From: Macrostomum lignano
Taxonomy: Eukaryota
Reading direction: 5' to 3'
DNA length: 64,000 bases
NCBI GenBank assembly: GCA_002269645.1
Contig: NIVC01003704.1
Location: 1-64,000, forward strand
This document shows positions 55,824 to 64,000 of the stretch, piece after piece. The notes beneath the pieces were generated by a model. It saw nothing but the letters and a program-made list of their open reading frames with translations, was not told the origin of the DNA and searched no databases. Positions within the stretch are counted from its first letter, which is position 1; the number at the start of each line of letters is the position of its first letter. A program made the translations under genes and the position numbers.

Positions 55824-56755
55824 TCACAGTATCGCGCAAGCCCTCGAACTGCCAGTCTTTGAAGCCTCCTCGCGCCCGTTGCTCTTGCGCGGGCTGCCAC
55901 TGTGGTACCTGAGAAGAGAAAATTGTCCAATTATTCTTTGCTCAGGTGCTAAAAATTTCACAAGCTAAAAATCAGCACAGTGGTGCTCAATAATCACCTA
56001 TCAGCTTCCCGATCTTCATCCGAATCGTCGGCCACCGCCTCGAACCGGCCCCGCTCCTTGGGTGCGCTCTGGCGCGGCCGTCTTGGAGTTGGCGCTGGTC
56101 GGAGATCGCGGCCTCCGCCGACGCCGCCGAACTCCTTGTAGAACACGGCCTCATTCTCGTCCTGGACAATGATTTCCGGAGGCGAAGTTGGCGGCTGACG
56201 CTGAACAGGTGGCTCTACAGAAGAAGCCGGGTCGTCGTCAATCACGAAGGTGGATTGCTGCGCCTGGCCTGGCTGATAGGCGACCGCGGCCGCGGCCACC
56301 TCCTCCGCGCTGATAGCGTCTCGAGTCTGTCGCCGATTGAGCCGCGGCGCCAGCTGGCTCGGCCCGGCTTCAATCGGCTGTCCTTCGTCCAGGCTGAACC
56401 GGACAGACTTCGGGCCGCCAGGCTGTTTGAGAATCGACACCGGCTGCTGCCGGGGCACCAGCTCCCCTGTTGGAGTCACCACGTAGCTGCCCAGCTGCTG
56501 CTGAGCCTGCTGCCGCTGCTGCTGCTGTTGCTGCTTCCTCGGCGTCCCGGCGGGCGATGAAGCTGCCGACCCGCTGGCTCTCTGGCGCCACCGGCTGATC
56601 ACGGGATCGTTGTAGAAATGGTACTTGTCCAGCGAGCTGGCCGCAGGGCCGCTGACTGATGCGGCGCCGTCTGGAGCCTGGACTAGGACCACCTGCGGCT
56701 GCTGCTGCTGCTGTAGCTGTGCTGCATAGTAGTGCTGAGGAATCTGGTAATCCAT
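55824..56755 (-). CDS. Gln/Pro-rich disordered protein (~281 aa) with SILK and KSVRF motifs, putative PP1-interacting protein; exons 56755-55998 and 55908-55824
   Basis: 253-codon GC-rich ORF. Donor AG|GTGATT and acceptor CTCAG|G are both phase 2, giving ...EADRYHSGSPRK...CAIL*. PVSILKQPGGPKSVRF at 56437-56396. Confidence 0.65.
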
Positions 56756-57344
56756 TCTGCTCGCCTCACCGGCTTGTTCTCACTGCACCTGTCTGCCTGA
56801 GCATTTCTATATAGGCTCGTGTGCGTGTGCGCGTCTGTGTGCTGCTGCTTTTCCTGATTCTATCAAGCCGACTCTTCTAAACTAACAGACATGTTGTTTG
56901 ACGTCTGTTAAACTTCTCCCCCGCTCCCTCTCCATTGTGTGCACAAATCTTAACTTTCTCTCTGTCTACCGCATTAAGCTAGCGGCTCTGTTGAGAAGCA
57001 GACTATTTTTTTAGATGAAGAAATTGGCTCTCTTAGCCGTGTAGTTTTTTGAGTTGCTCGTCTCAAAAATCTCGCTTCTTTCTCATTGCTTCAAGTTAGT
57101 GGCTATTACTATTTGATGATGAGCGTGAGCCTGCGAACATGTCAGTCATTAATATAGTTATGGCGAGAGTTAGCTGGGTGCTCCATGTCCTCCATAGTTT
57201 TAATCTGTATGAACAAAAGATTAAATTCCATTGAAACTTCGATTTTTTAAGAGCGTAAATTCAAAGTTTAGGGATACAGACAGGCTTTCTGTTAATTTTA
57301 ATGTTTAATGTGTCCAAAGTTGAGTTGAAAATTTGGATTCCTAT

Positions 57345-58915
57345 CCGTTGGAAGTTTATCTAGCTATCCATTGGAAGTTTATCTAGCTATCCATTGGAAG
57401 TTTATCTAGCTATCCATTGGAAGTTTATCTAGCTATCCATTGGAAGTTTATCTAGCTATCCATTGGAAGTTTATCTAGCTATCCATTGGAAGTTTATCTA
57501 GCTATCCATTGGAAGTTTATCTAGCTATCCATTGGAAGTTTATCTAGCTATCCATTGGAAGTTTGTGTAGCTATCCATTGGAAGTTTATCTAGCTATCCA
57601 TTGGAAGTTTGTGTAGCCATCCAATGGAAGTTTGTGTAGCTATCCATTGGAAGTTTATCTAGCTATCCATTGGAAGTTTGTGTAGCCATCCAATGGAAGT
57701 TTGTGTAGCTATCCGTTGGAAGTTTGTGTAGCTATCCATTGAAAGTTTATCTAGCTATCCATTGGAAGTTTATCTAGCTATCCATTGGAAGTTTGTGTAG
57801 CCATCCATTGGAAGTTTGTGTAGCTATCCGTTGGAAGTTTGTGTAGCTATCCATTGAAAGTTTATCTAGCTATCCATTGGAAGTTTATTTAGCTATCCAT
57901 TGGAAGTTTATGTAGCTATCCATTGGAAGTTTGTGTAGCTATCCATTGGAAGTTTATCTAGCTATCCATTGGAAGTTTATCTAGCTATCCATTGGAAGTT
58001 TATCTAGCTATCCATTGGAAGTTTGTGTAGCTATCCGTTGGAAGTTTGTGTAGCTATCAATTGGAAGTTTGTGTAGCTATCCGTTGGAAGTTTGTGTAGC
58101 TATCAATTGGAAGTTTGTGTAGCTATCCATTGGAAGTTTGTGTAGCTATCAATTGGAAGTTTGTGTAGCTATCCATTGGAAGTTTGAGTAGCTATCCAAT
58201 GGAAGTTTGTGTAGCTATCCATTGGAAGTTTGTGTAGCTATCAATTGGAAGTTTGTGTAGCTATCCATTGGAAGTTTGTGTAGCTATCCATTGGAAGTTT
58301 GTGTAGCTATCAATTGGAAGTTTGTGTAGCTATCCATTGGAAGTTTGAGTAGCTATCCAATGGAAGTTTGTGTAGCTATCCATTGGAAGTTTGTGTAGCT
58401 ATCAATTGGAAGTTTGTGTAGCTATCCATTGGAAGTTTGAGTAGCTATCCAATGGAAGTTTGTGTAGCTATCCATTGGAAGTTTGTGTAGCTATCAATTG
58501 GAAGTTTGTGTAGCTATCCATTGGAAGTTTGTGTAGCTATCAATTGGAAGTTTGTGTAGCTATCAATTGGAAGTTTGAGTAGCTATCCAATGGAAGTTTG
58601 TGTAATCCATTGGAAGTTTGTGTAGCTATCAATTGGAAGTTTGTGTAGCTATCAATTGGAAGTTTGAGTAGCTATCCAATGGAAGTTTGTGTAGCTATCC
58701 ATTGGAAGTTTGTGTAGCTATCAATTGGAAGTTTGTGTAGCTATCAATTGGAAGTTTGTGTAGCTATCAATTGGAAGTTTGAGTAGCTATCCAATGGAAG
58801 TTTGTGTAATCCATTGGAAGTTTGTGTAGCTATCCACAGAGAGTTTATCTAGCTATCCCCTGAGAGTTTATCTAGCTATCCCCTGAGAGTTTATCTAGCT
58901 ATCCACTGGAAGATT
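57345..58915. repeat. 23-bp minisatellite (CCATTGGAAGTTTGTGTAGCTAT)
   Basis: About 68 units with a gradient of variants. Confidence 0.98.
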
Positions 58916-59721
58916 ATCGCTGACTATTGAAAGTTTCTAGCTATCATTAGAAATAATCAGGGAAATAATTAAACTTCCATACTGCTATTGTTTATCTTAG
59001 TTGAGGCATGCTAACTTCCATATAAGGTTAAAAGTTCGCTACAAGTGCTAAAATATTTATAAGGCAGTCAATTATCGAGGGACTCACAAGCCGCTAGTTA
59101 CTGTTGAAGCTATTGTGCGCCTTACTCCTTACACTTTAGGGTCGTTCTCAAAACTTCGGTTCAATGTAGTATAACAAATCTCAGCAACTTATTAAAATAT
59201 TGCACTGTTCTGCGACTTTTTAGGAAATAATTGTTAACAAAAATAAATAAAAGCAAAGGTTTTATACGGGAAAAATCTAATAAAGAAGCTGTTATCAGCT
59301 TTAATATGCCAAATTGAAGTTATCGCGCTGTCAAATCATACGTTTTTGTGAATGAAGCCAATCAAGTTTTTGCAAAAAGAGTCAATTTTCTTAGCCACAG
59401 CAAAAACTTTTGCAGCAATTGTATTTTTAAGAAGTAATGCACATCCTAAATATCCATTTGGTTCCTTTTCACTGCTTAAGTTGGCTAAATAACATTAAAA
59501 ATTACGAATTTGTAAATTTCCAAATTCAGACAGCATGTGATAAACCGGTTGATAAATTAATGGAAACGAATCTTCATTGAAAATATTTTTATTAGTGAAA
59601 GCATTAGTTCAAACATTTATGCTTTCAGCCTTATTTAAAGTATAGTCTAGTGTTTAGAAAGCCTTTCATTAAAAAGTATTTTGATAATTTACAAAAAATA
59701 TCCACTATCAGAGAGCACAGT

Positions 59722-60345
59722 TTTCATTCTATAAGTGCACTATAACTCAGACCTCGAAAATCATTTGAAAACAAAACTTCACACACATAAGGCACCCATC
59801 CTGAGGTGGTGCAAAAGTAATAATTTTAAAAAAATTGAATAACCGTATTGGTATAGTAAGCAATAATGTCAATATTTAAGCATTTTTTTCATAAATTTAG
59901 TCTATAAGTGCAGTATAACTCAGACTTGGACAAACAAATCAAGACAAAACTTCACACACATAAAGCACCCATCCTAAGGTGGTGCAAAAATCCGCATTTT
60001 CTAAAATTTGAATAATTGTATGGGTATAGTAAGCAATAATGTCAACATTTAAGCATTTTTTCATAAATTTAGTCTATAAGTGCAGTATAACTCAGACTTG
60101 GACAAACAAATCAAGACAAAACTTCACACACATAAAGCATCCATCCTAAGGTGGTGCAAAAGTTATACTGTTTTAAATTGTGAATAAGTATCTGGGTAAT
60201 AATAAGCAATAATGTCAATATTTAGGCTTTTTTATTAATTTTGTCTATAAGTGCAGTATAACTCAGGCTTGAAGAACTAAATCAAGACAAAACTTCACAC
60301 ACAAAGAACCCACCCTAAGGTGGTGCAAAAGCTATAATATTTTGT
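59722..60345. repeat. ~172-bp tandem repeat, about 3.6 copies
   Basis: ATAAGTGCA(G/C)TATAACTCAG...AAAACTTCACACA...GGTGGTGCAAAA recurs at 59731, 59904, 60076 and 60247. Confidence 0.9.
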
Positions 60346-60627
60346 ATTTTTAAGATGCAATTGTGTATAAGAAGTATAAATAATATCATTATTTAGGGAT
60401 TTTTTAGATTTTTCAATGTGAAAAAAGTCAGATTGTACAACTCTTTTAATAACAGGACTTCTCTCGCATAAAGTAGCTAATCTTGAAGCTTTAAATTCAA
60501 AATGATCTGCACGGTTTCTGTTTTCATTTAAGTTTATATTATGTTGGTGTTCTTTAATAAACTATCTGTGCACATACCCCCTGGTATGTGATTCGTTATC
60601 TTTTTAAGTAGCCTCTGTAAATATATT

Positions 60628-60811
60628 GGGACGCTAGATTTCGCGTGACTGGATTTCACGTGATTGGATTTCGCGTGACTGGATTTCACACGACTGAATT
60701 TAAATACATTTACAACAACAAATACTTCCATCTAAACCTTCTAGTCTAACTCGAATCCAGTCGCGCGAAATCCAGTCGCTCGTAATCCAGTCCCGCAATT
60801 TCTAGCGTCCC
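60628..60811. mobile_element. 184-bp MITE with GGGACGCTAGA terminal inverted repeats and 8-bp AATATATT flanks
   Basis: TIR GGGACGCTAGA...TCTAGCGTCCC. AATATATT at 60620-60627 and 60812-60819. Subterminal 15-bp repeats GATTTCGCGTGACTG on the left, inverted CAGTCGCGCGAAATC on the right. Confidence 0.75.
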
Positions 60812-61024
60812 AATATATTTTAAAACTCATTCAATGATGAACTCCAGCAGGAAATAGAAGGAAAATAGGAGAGAAAATCAGGCAACCAGCACTTTCAGAT
60901 AAGAATATGGGGGATCCCGCACGATTTAAGCTAGAGGCGGCAATCCTGCGGACCAAATAAGGCCCTCAAAGCCCTCGGGTTCCTTAAAACTTCACAATAG
61001 AAATCCGGCCCGCTCAAGTTTTGT

Positions 61025-61300
61025 GTCTCTTTTCAGCTCTCTTCTCTCCTCTCTTCTTCTCTCCTCTCCTTTCCTCTCACCTCTCTCTCCTCTCCTCTCC
61101 TCTCTCCCCTTCTCTCCCTGCTTCTCTCTTCTCTCGTCGCCTCTCCTCTCGTCTTCTCTCCTCTCCCTTTTCTTTCTTCTCCTCTCCTCTCCTTTCCTCC
61201 TCTCTTTTTCTTCTTCCTTCTCTACTCTCTCCTCTCCTAATTCATTTCTCTTCTCTTCACCTCTCTTCTCCTTTATTCCCTTGCCTCTGCTTTCTCTCAG
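61025..61300. repeat. CT-rich polypyrimidine tract
   Basis: Read directly. Confidence 0.9.
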
Positions 61301-62259
61301 CATTGCGTGCAACATTGTGTGCAGCATTCTGCTCGTTCAATGGAAGAGAAATGACTTGAAATAATTTTATAAACAATCGGTGGATGATGATGTGGAGCAG
61401 CTTCTCCCAGATTACAGTCCAGTCCTGCAAGATTTTATATAAACCAGACCTAAGCTCCGAGCTAAGAACGGAAAACTGTAGATTGAGATTGACTATCTGC
61501 AAAATTGATTTATATGGTGCCAGTAATGTAAGTTCCCATTATTCTGACACATGAAAAACTACGATTACTCCTAATGCACAACTGCAATGAAATTGCCATG
61601 TTGTCGCTTCTAAACGTATATATATCTCATAAAATATGCCACATTATGAATTCACCAACCATGTTGGTAATTTTGGCATTAAATTTAATCTTAGAAGCAT
61701 TGTGATCATTTTTAAATCAAATTTTAATCAGTATTGGTGCTTCTTATTGAGCATATAAATGTATCTGAAATACAATTTGAAAATTCTGGTTGAGGCGATT
61801 TTTGACACGCGAATTTTTTCAGTTTTCAGCCTTTTATTATACAAAATACTTTACAAATACATTACAATTGGTTTTTAATTGAGTTTCTCATTCAATTTTA
61901 CCTAATTTAAATCGAAGATTCGAAATTGCTACTTACCAAATTGATACCTGCAATAAGATATATTTAAAAGAGCATAATATATCATACAAGCTGTTGAAAC
62001 CCGCGGATTTTGAACCCGGGGAACTCCATTCCCCGGAATTATTTTTGCATGTATTCTAAAATCTGAGGTAAAACTCAAACAAAAATTTGTTCCCTTGTTA
62101 ATAGTTAGGATAGAGTTAGGATCATGTAAAATTAGGATTTGAGGCAAACATTGATATTGTTGGCTGGGGTGCTGCGCAGAATGTCAGGCAAACTCTGGCC
62201 TCTACGTACCTCTGCCTCTCCCTATGTCATTTGCATCCTTTGAAACTTCCATCTTCTTT

Positions 62260-63690
62260 TCTGTTTCCTATCTTCTCTCTCGTCTCTTCTCTCTCTCCCC
62301 TCTTATCTTTTCTTTCTTCTCTCCTCTCTCGTCTCTTCTCTCGTCTCTTCCCTCTCCCCTCTATTCTTTTCTCTCTCTTCTCCTCTCTTCGCTCTGGTCT
62401 CTCATATCTCCTTTCTCCTGTTTTATCTTTTCTCATTTCTCTCTGCTCTCTACTCTGTCTTCCCTCTGCTCTCTCTTCCCTCACCTCTCTTCTCACTCCT
62501 TACTCTACCTTCTCTCAACACTTTCCTTATCTCTACTCTCTCCTTTTTCCTCTCTTCTCTCAACTCTTTCCTCTCCTCTATCCACTCTCTCCTCTCATCT
62601 CTCTGCTCTCTCCTATCCTATCTCTCTTCTCTCTCTTCTCTCCCCTCTTTCCTCTCCTCCCTCGTCCTTTTCACCAATTTCCCCTGTCCTCTCGATTCTC
62701 TCCCTTCCCCTCCTCTCTCACTTCTCATCTCTCCCTTGTCTACACCTCTCATCCCTTATTTCTTATCTCTCCTCTTTTCTCTCTACTCTCCCATCTCTCA
62801 TCTGTTCACTCTCGTTTCTGCTCTCTCATCTCCCCTCTCTTATCAGTCATCTTTACTCTCATATGTTCTCTCACCTCTCCCCTTGTACTCATCTCTTTTC
62901 CCTTTTTGACTCAGGAGGACTCGATCCTTTCTTCTTTCTTCTCGTCTCTTCTCTTCTCTCTTCTATACTCTCTACCTATCTTGTCTTCTCTCTTCTCTCT
63001 CACTCTCCTCTCTCCTCTCTTATATCGTCTGTTCACTCTCATCTTTGCTCTCTCATTCCCCTCTCTCTTCTGTCATCTCTACTCTCCTCTCTACTGTGTA
63101 CTCTTCTCTTTCCCCTCTTCTGACTCCTCTCTTTCTAGCTTACTCCTCTCTTCTCTTCCCTCTTCTATACTCTCTCCCCTCTATTCTCTTTTCTCGTCTC
63201 TCCGCACTCTGCTCTCTCTTCCTTCATCTCTCATATTTCCTTTCATCTCACTTATCTCTACAATCTCATCTCTTTCCTCTCTCCTCCTCTTCCCTTTACT
63301 CTATCATCTCTCCTTTGTCCTCTCTTCTTTCTAAACTCTCTCTCATATCTATCTTCTCTCTTCTCACTCGTCTCTCCCCCTCTTATCTCCTCCCCTCTAT
63401 CCTTTCTAATCCCCCTCTCGATACTCTCATCTCCTCTTTGTTCTCTCATCTCACTCTTCTCTACTCTCCTCTCTCATCGATCCTCTGTCTTATCTCTCCC
63501 CTCTTCTCTCTCCATCTTCTCACCTCTACTATTTCCTCTCCCTTCTCTCTCCCCTCCTCTCGCTTCTTCGTCCCATATTCTCTGCTCTCTCCTCAACCTC
63601 CTCGTACGTCTCTCCTGTTATCTTCTATCTTTTCTTTTATCCCCTCTCGCCCCTCCTCCCTTTCAAATAGTCTATTCCTTTTCCTTTTCA
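62260..63690. repeat. 1.4-kb CT-rich low-complexity tract
   Basis: Read directly; yields spurious Ser/Leu ORFs. Confidence 0.92.
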
Positions 63691-64000
63691 CTCTCATCTG
63701 GCCCATAGCCATGAGCTGGATTCTTTATCTGGCCTTTGAGATAAAAATCTGCCGATCCCTGCTTCGAAAGCCAGTTTGTAGGACGTAGTACTATCGTGGT
63801 TGTTATCATTTCTCATGCTTTAATCACGTCATCTTTCTGGTCAATTAGCAGCCCTGAGAGAAATTTGTATATCTCCAGCTCCACCACCAGTCTGCAGCAG
63901 TCTAACAAACAACCATGGCAATACGCATTTCTTAGGAGGCCATTTAAATTTTAAAGTACCTTATGCGAATCTTAATGTTAAAATTTTCATGGTGCAAGTG

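Overview
AT-rich, intron-containing animal genomic DNA. GC-rich Ala/Gln-rich exons and dense 20-24 bp minisatellites suggest a Macrostomum-like flatworm (inference only). Host genes: the 5' part of a glutaredoxin-DEP protein (minus strand, runs off the left edge), a 2-exon CDC50/TMEM30 flippase beta-subunit (-), a 5-exon coronin (+), a 4-exon RGK (Rad/Gem/Kir) GTPase (+), a reconstructed 4-exon FAM217-like gene with a twin Cys motif (-), and a 2-exon Gln-rich protein with SILK+RVxF PP1-docking motifs (-). The most structured object is a 5'-truncated Penelope-like retroelement (RT + GIY-YIG, 8265-11067). It has a 774-bp inverted pseudo-LTR, a 37-bp one-sided tail, a 14-bp target-site duplication, a minimal hammerhead ribozyme in each arm and the same endonuclease frameshift in both arms. 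It sits between the divergently oriented CDC50 and coronin genes. Also present: a tRNA-CORE SINE, two MITE-like elements, a pre-miRNA-like hairpin between 27-bp direct repeats, a ~172-bp satellite and about 30 tandem arrays, many abutting exon boundaries. Several host ORFs carry single-G deletions in G runs that look like long-read assembly errors. All calls are by eye; no searches were run.
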